Below, one piece after another: positions 56,341-64,000 of a stretch of DNA of 64,000 nucleotides (its first letter is position 1; every line of letters starts with the position of its first letter). This DNA comes from a virus. Lineage: Duplodnaviria > Caudoviricetes. Location of the stretch: positions 12,507-76,506 of IMG/VR virus record IMGVR_UViG_3300042269_000666; one strand, 5' to 3'. Made by a program: the position numbers and the translations under genes. The notes beneath the pieces were generated by a model. It saw only the letters and a program-made list of their open reading frames with translations. It ran no database searches and was not told where the DNA came from.

Positions 56341-57933
56341 TTATTGATTTGGTTTATAATTTTGAGGATCAATTATTTGAGGAACATGCCATGCATTGCC
56401 GGCTATGCGCCCGATCATTTTATTAGCCTCTGTCCAACTCCACATACCGACATTCTTGAAGTTATAGCGTTCAAGGCAGCGGATTTGCTTTGGAGTGGCA
56501 AGGTTAGCATTACGACGTTTATGGATTGTATCGATCAATTGAGAGGCATGTCCCTGACAAGTTACCGCGTCAGGATTCAGTCCGGATTTCTCAATAAAAG
56601 CAAGTTGTGCCGCCGTTGCCGGTGCTTGCTCTTTCAGGTTATTCGGGTCCGGTTGATATTGCTTGCCTTTGTCATCTATCGACATTTCAAATTGAAGCAC
56701 ATCAACCAATTTAGCTTTTTTCTTACGCTGTTCTTCCAGCACCTTGCGTAATGATTCCTCGCGCTCTGCCGCTGCTTCCGATTCAGCCCCGTCCACGCCC
56801 TCAAGCAAATCAACCGCTTTACCTTTTGTTTCTTCTGCCAATATTTCAGCTACACGCATTGAGATATCAGCATTATCGCAAACAAGTGAAGCCGGACGGC
56901 ATAAATCATGCCTGTCAGTGTTCCAAAGGAAATCAAGCAAAAGCAGATGATCCTTGCCCGGGTGAAGCCGTGTGCCGCGGCCGACAATCTGAGCATACAA
57001 CGCTCTAACTTTTGTCGGCCTGAGGCAAACTATGCAATCCACAGACGGACAGTCCCAGCCCTCAGTAAGAAGCATTGAGTTACAGAGCACCTTATATTTA
57101 CCAGTTTCAAAATCAGTGATAATTTCAGTGCGATCCTGACTTGTGCCGTTTACTTCTGTTGCGCTCAATCCCTTTTTGTTGAGAATTTCGCAGAACTTCT
57201 GGCTGGTGGAAATCAATGGGAGAAATACTACCGTTTTTTTGTCGGAACAATGCATTACCATTTCATCGGCAATGCGCTCCAAGTACGGTTCGAGAGTCGC
57301 GCCCAGTTCCGAGGCTTGAAAATCACCAGCGGAAATTTTAACGTTGTTCAAGTTAATTTCCAAAGGGACTGTTTTTGCCTTGATCGGCACTAGAAATCCC
57401 TCTTTGATTGCCTTGACCAGCGTATATTCGTAGGCTATCGACTCAAAGTATTCTCCCAGGCTGCGTTTGTCTCCACGGTCAGCAGTAGCGGTTACGCCAA
57501 GAACTTTTGCGCTTTCAAAGTGATCCAGTACTCGGCGATAACTAGCAGATATGGCGTGATGAGCTTCATCAACAATAATCGTGTCGAAATAATCCTCTGG
57601 AAAAGTTTCAAGCCTTTTGGGGTTTTGAAGCGTTTGTATACTTCCAACAATCACGTTAAGCCAACTATCCCGACATGAATTCTCTGCTTTTTCAAGAGCC
57701 GTCCGCAAGCCTGTAGCCTTAAAGAGCTTGTCGGATGCCTGATTCAGCAATTCTTCACGATGTGCCAGTATCAGAACACGGTGACCATTACGAACCCTGT
57801 CTTCTACAATTTTAGAAAAAACAATCGTTTTGCCGGTTCCGGTCGGGAGAACCAGCAAGGTTTTATCCGTGCCGATCTCCCAAGTTTCCAAAACCGCGTT
57901 TTTTGCTTCTTCCTGGTATTTCCGTAACTGCAT
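56341..57933 (-). CDS. Superfamily II DEAD/DEAH helicase
   Basis: LPTGTGKT, DEAHH, TAT, LTEGWD, QIVGRGTR. Confidence 0.92.
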   Translation of the reverse strand: MQLRKYQEEAKNAVLETWEIGTDKTLLVLPTGTGKTIVFSKIVEDRVRNGHRVLILAHREELLNQASDKLFKATGLRTALEKAENSCRDSWLNVIVGSIQTLQNPKRLETFPEDYFDTIIVDEAHHAISASYRRVLDHFESAKVLGVTATADRGDKRSLGEYFESIAYEYTLVKAIKEGFLVPIKAKTVPLEINLNNVKISAGDFQASELGATLEPYLERIADEMVMHCSDKKTVVFLPLISTSQKFCEILNKKGLSATEVNGTSQDRTEIITDFETGKYKVLCNSMLLTEGWDCPSVDCIVCLRPTKVRALYAQIVGRGTRLHPGKDHLLLLDFLWNTDRHDLCRPASLVCDNADISMRVAEILAEETKGKAVDLLEGVDGAESEAAAEREESLRKVLEEQRKKKAKLVDVLQFEMSIDDKGKQYQPDPNNLKEQAPATAAQLAFIEKSGLNPDAVTCQGHASQLIDTIHKRRNANLATPKQIRCLERYNFKNVGMWSWTEANKMIGRIAGNAWHVPQIIDPQNYKPNQ

Positions 57934-57954
57934 TTTGTACCTTTATGTTAGAAT

Positions 57955-58431
57955 TTACCAAGAAGAAGGTTGGGGTGCCGATCCACCTCCCAAGTCATTG
58001 GGGTTAAAGCTGTCATCAAGTTCCGGTGGATCAAGGAACTCAATATTATTGCTTTCTCCATCACCTCCGTCTGTCTTTTTGAACTTCCGCACAGTGATCT
58101 TACAGCGTCCGGTTGCACCCTCAACGCGTGACCAGTCCATTATCAAAGGTTCGCCATGCTTTTTTTGCCCGATTGAGCGGAACAACTGAGACAATTTCCA
58201 TTCAAATTTTCTCAGCATGAAGAAGTTTTCCGTAACCTTTCCAACAGGTTCGCCAGCCTGGTTAATTTCTGCGGTGATTACCGCCATGTTGCATTCTTCA
58301 ACTTTGCCTTTGCCCTCGAAGCGTTTGCGCTCAAACTTGACAATCGTATAATCATATTCACCTGCAGGAATGACTGTAAATTCTCCGCTATCTTCTTTAA
58401 TTTCATCATTCCAACCTAATTCTTCACTCAT
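57955..58431 (-). CDS. DUF669-like single-stranded DNA-binding protein
   Basis: IPAGEYD, WKLSQLFRSIG, acidic tail; between AAA_24 and helicase. Confidence 0.75.
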   Translation of the reverse strand: MSEELGWNDEIKEDSGEFTVIPAGEYDYTIVKFERKRFEGKGKVEECNMAVITAEINQAGEPVGKVTENFFMLRKFEWKLSQLFRSIGQKKHGEPLIMDWSRVEGATGRCKITVRKFKKTDGGDGESNNIEFLDPPELDDSFNPNDLGGGSAPQPSSW

Positions 58432-58446
58432 GATAAGAGACTCCGC

Positions 58447-59466
58447 TTATTTGTTAATAGTTTTAGCTATGATTTCCCAGCCGGAAATGATCCGTTTGAG
58501 CAAATCTGTGTGATATTTTGTGTACGGCATGTCCGGAGGGCAAATGCCTTTTTTCGCGACTTCGACTTGCAATTGCTCAGGCGAAATTCCAGCCATTTCC
58601 ATAAGGGTGTTAAGCTGTCTCAGTTCGTCACTTTCAGGAACAGTTTCCGCTTGTGTCGAGGAGGCTTCCTTTTGGGGTGGTGGTGTTTTTTCAGGAGCAG
58701 AGGCAGAAGCAGCAGAAGAGGTTGCCGCTGTTTGAGCTGTAGCATTCTGTGTTGATGATGGGACATTAAACAAGCCTTTTATATGGTCAATGCCAAGGTC
58801 CATCATTTCGGGCAGATTGAAACGGTTCTTCGCGTCCCAGCAAGCATGGTGTGCTGAATACATAACGCGCCTTGCGCCTTTCGCTTTCTTTTTTCCGTCA
58901 TTTTCAACTACGATGGTTTTGTAGTTGCAGAATAACAGCAGGTCAGGCCATTCTTTCAAGAGAGCAGAGCCCTGCTTGGTCATTTTCATTTCCCAACGGT
59001 CAAAGCCTCCGGATTCTTCCGGCAGTTCCTGGCGCTTCATTTGAGCGTGGGCAAGAAATACAATGTGCATTCCGGTATTTCGGCTTAGACGGCTCAGGCG
59101 GTCAATAAGCTTTTTCCAAGCTTCTCCGGCAATAGTGAACCCTTTGCCATACCCGAAATCCTCAATACTCTGCTTATTGGCTCGTTTACATACATCATCC
59201 TGTATCAACGTTTCCAGCCAGTCAGCGGTATCAAATACCAGCGTTCTATAGCCTTTATTATCAATCTCCAAGTTATTGATAAGCTGGTGTATCTCTGCCA
59301 ATGTTTCCAAGTGAATACGGGATACATCTAACTGATTTGTGCCATGCTCCAAATCTACAAAAAGCGGATTGGGGAACTGGCTTGCCAGTGTGGTTTTGCC
59401 GATGCCCTCAACACCGTAAATAACCACGCTAAGCGGACTTTTTTGTTTTCCTGTGATAATTTGCAT
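58447..59466 (-). CDS. AAA_24 family phage NTP-binding protein
   Basis: YGVEGIGKTT, DTADWLE, GYGKG, WDAKNR; start moved to MQIITG. Confidence 0.85.
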   Translation of the reverse strand: MQIITGKQKSPLSVVIYGVEGIGKTTLASQFPNPLFVDLEHGTNQLDVSRIHLETLAEIHQLINNLEIDNKGYRTLVFDTADWLETLIQDDVCKRANKQSIEDFGYGKGFTIAGEAWKKLIDRLSRLSRNTGMHIVFLAHAQMKRQELPEESGGFDRWEMKMTKQGSALLKEWPDLLLFCNYKTIVVENDGKKKAKGARRVMYSAHHACWDAKNRFNLPEMMDLGIDHIKGLFNVPSSTQNATAQTAATSSAASASAPEKTPPPQKEASSTQAETVPESDELRQLNTLMEMAGISPEQLQVEVAKKGICPPDMPYTKYHTDLLKRIISGWEIIAKTINK

Positions 59467-59483
59467 TTTTATTCCTTTCAGAC

Positions 59484-59768
59484 TTAATTTGTGTTTGATA
59501 AGATGCGTTCTACTTCCGACCGTGGAACACGGACAATTCGACCAAAACGTATGAGGCTTATTTCTCCTGCTTTTTCCTTGTTCCAAAGCGTTTGACGAGA
59601 GATTTTAGCCAACTTGCAGAATTCTTTAGTAGTCAAGCTTGGCTGGTCAACGTCCACTTTCTTTTTGCTGGTAAGAAACTTCTCAAGTTTGCCCGGAGTA
59701 AGATCAGGGCAATATGGCGAGAACATTGCCGTTCCAGCAGCCAGCACTGATTGTGGTATTCTGGACAT
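59484..59768 (-). CDS. Excisionase/AlpA-like HTH protein
   Basis: LTTKEFCKLAKISRQTLW..GRIVRVPRSEV. Confidence 0.75.
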   Translation of the reverse strand: MSRIPQSVLAAGTAMFSPYCPDLTPGKLEKFLTSKKKVDVDQPSLTTKEFCKLAKISRQTLWNKEKAGEISLIRFGRIVRVPRSEVERILSNTN

Positions 59769-59781
59769 TATGGGCTCCCTT

Positions 59782-61077
59782 TTACCAGTCGAGTTGTTCG
59801 GGTTCAGTTTTTGTATCGTCTATTACCTGCTCCAAAACGTCAATAGGCTCGACGCTTTCGTCGACCGCATAGCCGTCCTCAATGACGATGGTGCAATCAT
59901 CGGTACGGCTGGTAACTCGGGTGCCAATAGCCTGCAGATTCTCAGCTTCCAGCCAGTTGTTAAGCTCTGTGAGCTGTTCTGCATCGAACATTTCAAGCTT
60001 ATCAAGCAACAGGAATCCGCATTCCGGTTTGAGCCCTTTGATAATCGCGGTTGCAACACGGATTTGTTCCATGCTGGACATGCAGTCCCAAGCCTTGTTG
60101 TTGTAAAGCAGGATCGGACGACCATTAGAATTTTTACCGATAGACAATTCCGGCAAGGGCAGATTTGCGTTATCAAGCAATGCTCGGCGTTCTGTCCGGA
60201 TTTTTTCAACTTCCTCAGACATTTTGTCGTACTGGCGTGAATATTCCTCGGCTTCTTCCTGGGCAATTTCCTTGCTTTTGTTGGCACGGATTTTAGCATT
60301 AGTATTGTCGATATTCTTGATCTGCTCTTCGATTTGAGCCGTTTCCTGAATTTCACCGACTGGGCCAGCCTCGATTGCGGCTTTATCGGCTTCCAGTGTT
60401 GCCAATTCCTTACGGAGATGTACAAGGCGGTTATCAATCTCAGACAGTTTGGATTGCCGTTCTCGTACGCGCTGGTTTTCACGCAGTATTTCACTTGACT
60501 TATTAATCAAGTCCGCTGCTGAAGCTTCTTTGTCCGGCACATCATGATATTCAGGCATTTCAGCGGCATATTTTTTCTTTTGATCTGCCACTATTCCGAA
60601 TTGATGACGTTTGTCGTAAGCTTCCTGTTCGCGCTTTTGGATGGCTTCAAGCTGCGGGCCGATGCCAAGCGTCAAAAGAAGCTGTTCAGCTTTTTCCGTT
60701 TCAGATTTTGCCATGAATTTCGGCAAGTTGATTGCCAGTTCTTCAATAAATGAATTAAGTAAAGTCTGTCCTGCGCGTTTTCCTGTCGGATCAGTAACCG
60801 TCAGAGTGGCTTTTTTCCCTTTTCGCTCAACAAGCAGTCCATTGGATAGTTTGAGAGACATACGGGCATCTGCCATTGTTCCATCATGCTGCAAGGTGCT
60901 GGGGCGATGACGTTCTCCACCAAGCGCGAACAGAATGCCGTCAAGGATTGAAGTTTTGCCTTGGGCGTTCTTGCCGCCAATGACCGTTAGTCCTTTGTCA
61001 TTTGGAGCCAGGCGAACCATGCTAACGCGTTTGACGTTCTCTAGCTCAAAGGCTACGATTTTCACTTTTTCTTCCAT
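59782..61077 (-). CDS. SMC-like AAA ATPase with coiled coil
   Basis: GKNAQGKTS, long coiled coil, MSSMEQ, LLLDKLE. Confidence 0.82.
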   Translation of the reverse strand: MEEKVKIVAFELENVKRVSMVRLAPNDKGLTVIGGKNAQGKTSILDGILFALGGERHRPSTLQHDGTMADARMSLKLSNGLLVERKGKKATLTVTDPTGKRAGQTLLNSFIEELAINLPKFMAKSETEKAEQLLLTLGIGPQLEAIQKREQEAYDKRHQFGIVADQKKKYAAEMPEYHDVPDKEASAADLINKSSEILRENQRVRERQSKLSEIDNRLVHLRKELATLEADKAAIEAGPVGEIQETAQIEEQIKNIDNTNAKIRANKSKEIAQEEAEEYSRQYDKMSEEVEKIRTERRALLDNANLPLPELSIGKNSNGRPILLYNNKAWDCMSSMEQIRVATAIIKGLKPECGFLLLDKLEMFDAEQLTELNNWLEAENLQAIGTRVTSRTDDCTIVIEDGYAVDESVEPIDVLEQVIDDTKTEPEQLDW

Positions 61078-61124
61078 TGTACCTTTTTCCTTTGTTAATT
61101 ATTTTTTCTGGGCGAATCCCAGTT

Positions 61125-61229
61125 TTAATTCATCTTTTGGGCGATTTGCCACCACAGCGACAGAAGCAAACCGAATGCGATACCACTGCAGAAAATGAAG
61201 AGATGTATTTTGAGTGCGTTGAATTTCAT
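61125..61229 (-). CDS. 34-aa membrane peptide (not in ORF track)
   Basis: MKFNALKIHLFIFCSGIAFGLLLSLWWQIAQKMN; ATGA-coupled to upstream ORF. Confidence 0.5.
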   Translation of the reverse strand: MKFNALKIHLFIFCSGIAFGLLLSLWWQIAQKMN

Positions 61230-61375
61230 GTAGTCGGGTCCTCTGATTGCTTTTTAGATTTCTCCACTTCTTTCAGCAGCGTTTCAAAAACTTTTTTATC
61301 CTCCGCGGTTAATTGTTCTTTTCGGGCGATTTCCTCCAATCTCTCAAATTCTTTTTCATCCTCTGGTGTTAACAT
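61226..61375 (-). CDS. 49-aa charged protein (not in ORF track)
   Basis: MLTPEDEKEFERLEEIARKEQ..; GAGG RBS. Confidence 0.5.
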   Translation of the reverse strand: MLTPEDEKEFERLEEIARKEQLTAEDKKVFETLLKEVEKSKKQSEDPTT

Positions 61376-61442
61376 TTTGCTTTTTTCCTCTTGGGGATTT
61401 ATATTGAAAGCGCAACGGTTTTAAAACATTTTGCACCGTTGT

Positions 61443-61478
61443 AGCCCCAGTGGATTCAGCACTGGGGCTTTTGTTTTA
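61443..61478 (+). terminator. Terminator-like hairpin oriented antisense to the early operon
   Basis: AGCCCCAGTG-N7-CACTGGGGCT then TTTGTTTT on +. Confidence 0.55.
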
Positions 61479-62060
61479 TTCTGGAAGCAAAACTCCTCCA
61501 AGCTCCCCGTAGACATCATATTTATCTACAATGGAATCGATGACTTGTTTGCGGACGCATTCCAAATAAAGCGGACCAGGTTCATTAGAAGTCATTATTT
61601 CGTAAATGGCTTCAGGAGTGAGTTGATGATTATAGATATGTATTCCAATACTCTTTTTTAGCCGTTCAAAATTACGTGAAGCTACTTTTTTTACCTGACG
61701 GTCAACTCCGGCTTCAAGAGCAGTGTTTACGCTATTTACAGAATAGCTGCCAGTTTTGCGGATTGCAGGAAGAACCTCGGAAGTAACCCACTTGCGGAAT
61801 TTTTGAGCAATTTTTTTACGGCTTTTGAAAATCAGATGATATAGTCCGGATTCGTTGATGATGAGCATTTTTTGTTCTCCCCCAAGGGTACAAATATTAC
61901 TTGTCCCTTTTTCATCATCATCTAAGCCTTTAACTGTCATTGAAACATCAGAGAGTCCTAAAACATCGCAAACATCTTTTGCTACAAAATAGATTTCTCT
62001 GTTTTTTTCGACCGTTCTTACAGCGAACCCTTCAAATTTAAAATTTTCTACATTGTTCAT
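61476..62060 (-). CDS. Bro-N domain antirepressor-like protein
   Basis: YFVAKDVCDVLG, INESGLYHLIFKSRK..FRKWVTSEVLPAIRKTG. Confidence 0.9.
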   Translation of the reverse strand: MNNVENFKFEGFAVRTVEKNREIYFVAKDVCDVLGLSDVSMTVKGLDDDEKGTSNICTLGGEQKMLIINESGLYHLIFKSRKKIAQKFRKWVTSEVLPAIRKTGSYSVNSVNTALEAGVDRQVKKVASRNFERLKKSIGIHIYNHQLTPEAIYEIMTSNEPGPLYLECVRKQVIDSIVDKYDVYGELGGVLLPE

Positions 62061-62082
62061 TTTTGTACCTTTTATTTATTTT

Positions 62083-62357
62083 ACTCATTTTTGGGTTAAT
62101 GGCGGCAAAAAAACATCTAACGCTTGCCTTACAAGGGAACTCTCTGAAGTAAAATCCTTTTCTGCTTTTTCCTTGAGTCTCTGCTTTATTTCAGCAGGAA
62201 CTTTAACTGCAATGTGCGCCTTTGGGCTTTTTTCTTTCATTAGCTATTTCCTTATGTGGGTTAAAAAACTTAATTTGATTATAACTCAAAAATGAGTAAA
62301 AGCAAGTTTGTTTGCGTAAAAAAATACACGAAAAATATTTTTTAAGTAAAAATGAGT
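62083..62357. promoter_or_regulatory. Three operators and the divergent lytic promoter
   Basis: ACTCAAAAATGAGT (62284-62297) in the spacer of a minus-strand TTGCTT-N16-TATAAT; variants at 62083-62096 and 62344-62357. Confidence 0.7.
62085..62240 (-). CDS. Ribbon-helix-helix (CopG/Arc-like) protein in the Cro position (not in ORF track)
   Basis: 51 aa: HIAVKVP strand, AEIKQRLKEKAEK helix, SESSLVRQALDVFL helix; AAGGA RBS. Confidence 0.75.
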   Translation of the reverse strand: MKEKSPKAHIAVKVPAEIKQRLKEKAEKDFTSESSLVRQALDVFLPPLTQK

Positions 62358-62415
62358 TGTTTTTACACACTTTGCGTACTATATTTAACTATAATAAACC
62401 AAAAGCGAGGTATAA

Positions 62416-63135
62416 ATGGTAATCATTGCTAACAATCTGAAACAACTTCGAAAAATCAAGGGTATGTCTCAGTATGAATTAGCCCAAAAAAGCGGAATCC
62501 CACAACAAACTATTTCGCGATATGAAAAAACTGGCAATATATCTAAAATTGATGCTTTAGAACGCTTAGCTAAAGCTCTTCATTGCTTAACCTCAGATAT
62601 TGATCCTCGTCAACTTGACTGGGATGATACTATAAAAACAGATAAATCTTCTACCATGTCAAATGCTCAACCAGCTGATTTAAGCATTTTCAAACAGGTA
62701 CCGTTAATAAGCTATGCTGCGGCAAAGAGTAATGGAGGACATATGCAGGCAACGGTAGATTCTTTGGGGGATTCGGACGAATATGTTTCTTTCCCTGCCG
62801 CCAAGGATACAGATAAAGCAATACAGATATGTGGTGACAGTATGAGCCCGTGGTATCCTGACGGCACGTATGTATTGATCTCAACGACCCAAATGCCTTT
62901 GACTGGTGACAGGGTTGTTGTAATAACCGAGGAAGGAGATATTCTGTTCAAGGTCTTTGTGGACGAAAAAGAAAATGTACGCTTAATGTCTATTAATCGT
63001 AACAATGGACAGGACATAGTTATTTCAAAGCGTTCTGAGGCAAAATTCTATCCTATCAAGATGTCTCTCCGTGATGAACAGAAACTTGATGATGAAATGA
63101 AAGAGGCAGGTATAAAACACTTTTGGGAAAAGTAG
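62416..63135 (+). CDS. cI: CI-like repressor (HTH_3 + S24 peptidase)
   Basis: LRKIKGMSQYELAQKSGIPQQTISRYE; GDSMSP Ser; FKVF Lys. Confidence 0.9.
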   Translation: MVIIANNLKQLRKIKGMSQYELAQKSGIPQQTISRYEKTGNISKIDALERLAKALHCLTSDIDPRQLDWDDTIKTDKSSTMSNAQPADLSIFKQVPLISYAAAKSNGGHMQATVDSLGDSDEYVSFPAAKDTDKAIQICGDSMSPWYPDGTYVLISTTQMPLTGDRVVVITEEGDILFKVFVDEKENVRLMSINRNNGQDIVISKRSEAKFYPIKMSLRDEQKLDDEMKEAGIKHFWEK

Positions 63136-63174
63136 TTTTTTAATCTACCTGTTTATTGTGTCTCTTATCTCTGC

Positions 63175-63320
63175 ATTATGGATGGGGAGGGGGAGGAAAC
63201 GAGTCCCCCCTCCCAATAACGCAGGAGAGAGCACACGCGATGTATGTATATATATCTTTAGATATATAGTGGTATTGTATAGTTCGATACTACACTATCG
63301 GTAGTGTGGTATCTTCCATG
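63175..63320. other. Origin-like non-coding element, copy B
   Basis: GGGAGGGGG/CCCCCTCCC hairpin, TATATATC-N4-GATATATA, inverted GATACTACAC/GTGTGGTATC. Confidence 0.55.
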
Positions 63321-63382
63321 GTTGCACTGCATATAGTGGTGTTTTTTTGGGACGAATTTAATATATTTATGAGGAGAAAATA

Positions 63383-64000
63383 ATGAAGACTAAAACTGTA
63401 CTGATTACTATTTTTCCGATCTTAATAATCATTGCCTTGATGGGCGGTTATTTTGTTTATATGGATCATTCTGACCGTCAACGAAAAAAAGAAATAAAAC
63501 GGCTTATTGTACAGATGCAGACTGAGATTCAGCAGGCAACCTATAATGCGAAAACAAAGAATAAAGCTGAGATCGTTCTAAAGACGGGGGAACTCAGACG
63601 GAAGAAAGCTATTGATGCAGCCTATAAGCTAAGAGAATACTCTTTTGATGTATACAATAAGAAGCATCTGGAAGAGTATCCAAATTCTAAACGTTCAGCT
63701 CGTATAAATATATATGAAGAAAAAGATATTAATAGCATTTTGGGTGATTTAGAAACACAGTATAAAATAAAAAAATATACAAAGTGGGATGAAGATAAGC
63801 GACGATTTTCTTGGTCGCAAGAAGATTATAATCAATTTCGTAAAAAACTGACTGCAGAAGCAAACAAAGAGCGCCAGGCTGTAATAAAAGAAAAGCTCTA
63901 CAATATTCGAGAGCTCAAAAAAGAAAACGCCTCACATGCTAAAATCATAGAAATTAAAGATAAATATAAGAACCTTATTCAAAAGCTCGAAACGGAGTAA
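63383..64000 (+). CDS. Membrane-anchored hypothetical protein (lysogenic conversion/exclusion candidate)
   Basis: N-terminal TM helix, Lys-rich helical body, GAGGAG RBS. Confidence 0.6.
   Translation: MKTKTVLITIFPILIIIALMGGYFVYMDHSDRQRKKEIKRLIVQMQTEIQQATYNAKTKNKAEIVLKTGELRRKKAIDAAYKLREYSFDVYNKKHLEEYPNSKRSARINIYEEKDINSILGDLETQYKIKKYTKWDEDKRRFSWSQEDYNQFRKKLTAEANKERQAVIKEKLYNIRELKKENASHAKIIEIKDKYKNLIQKLETE

Larger units (their letters stand above)
17710..64000. mobile_element. Temperate siphovirus-type prophage, near complete, integrated in tRNA-Leu
   Basis: att core + tyrosine integrase at left; head, tail, replication and repressor modules; second att expected beyond 64000. Confidence 0.92.

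Noticed and set aside
56321-62072. Recurring AAAGGTACA(AAA)ATG before four early genes as a regulatory motif
   Set aside because: Position and content match a Shine-Dalgarno plus spacer; no extra conserved part.
1-64000. CRISPR array, retron or diversity-generating retroelement
   Set aside because: No regularly spaced repeat-spacer array, no cas gene, no reverse transcriptase motif and no adenine-specific TR/VR pair seen.

Overview
Two adjoining mobile elements meet at the 3' half of a tRNA-Leu(TAA) gene (17710-17763, minus strand). Left (1-~17700): the distal end of a prophage-like element. It carries virion-type genes, a lipoprotein, a HARE-HTH gene, an amidoligase/glutamine amidotransferase/gamma-glutamylcyclotransferase cluster, DUF2924 and a large serine recombinase. 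An AT-rich cargo follows: Xis-like HTH, C5 DNA methyltransferase, a MORC/MutL-type ATPase fused to a histidine kinase, a response regulator, Vsr and a DUF4365-like protein. Right (17710-64000): a near-complete temperate siphovirus-type prophage with a tyrosine integrase, head/tail genes, a primase/helicase/beta-clamp replication module, methylases and a CI repressor. The most striking observation is that its morphogenesis genes are scrambled into eight blocks on both strands (terL is about 21 kb from terS and coupled to the tail chaperone). Every block begins with TTGACA, in seven of eight cases 29-34 nt before the start codon and about 15 nt before an A-run, a spacing that does not fit a sigma70 promoter. 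A Cys-rich sigma-region-4-like HTH protein at the head of the late region is the candidate reader. Other notable items: two homologous origin-like non-coding elements, an unannotated ribbon-helix-helix Cro analogue with three operators, a minor head protein with a JAB domain, and a lysis-position cassette with a PLA2-like gene but no recognisable endolysin. All protein assignments come from motif recognition by eye; no database searches were run.
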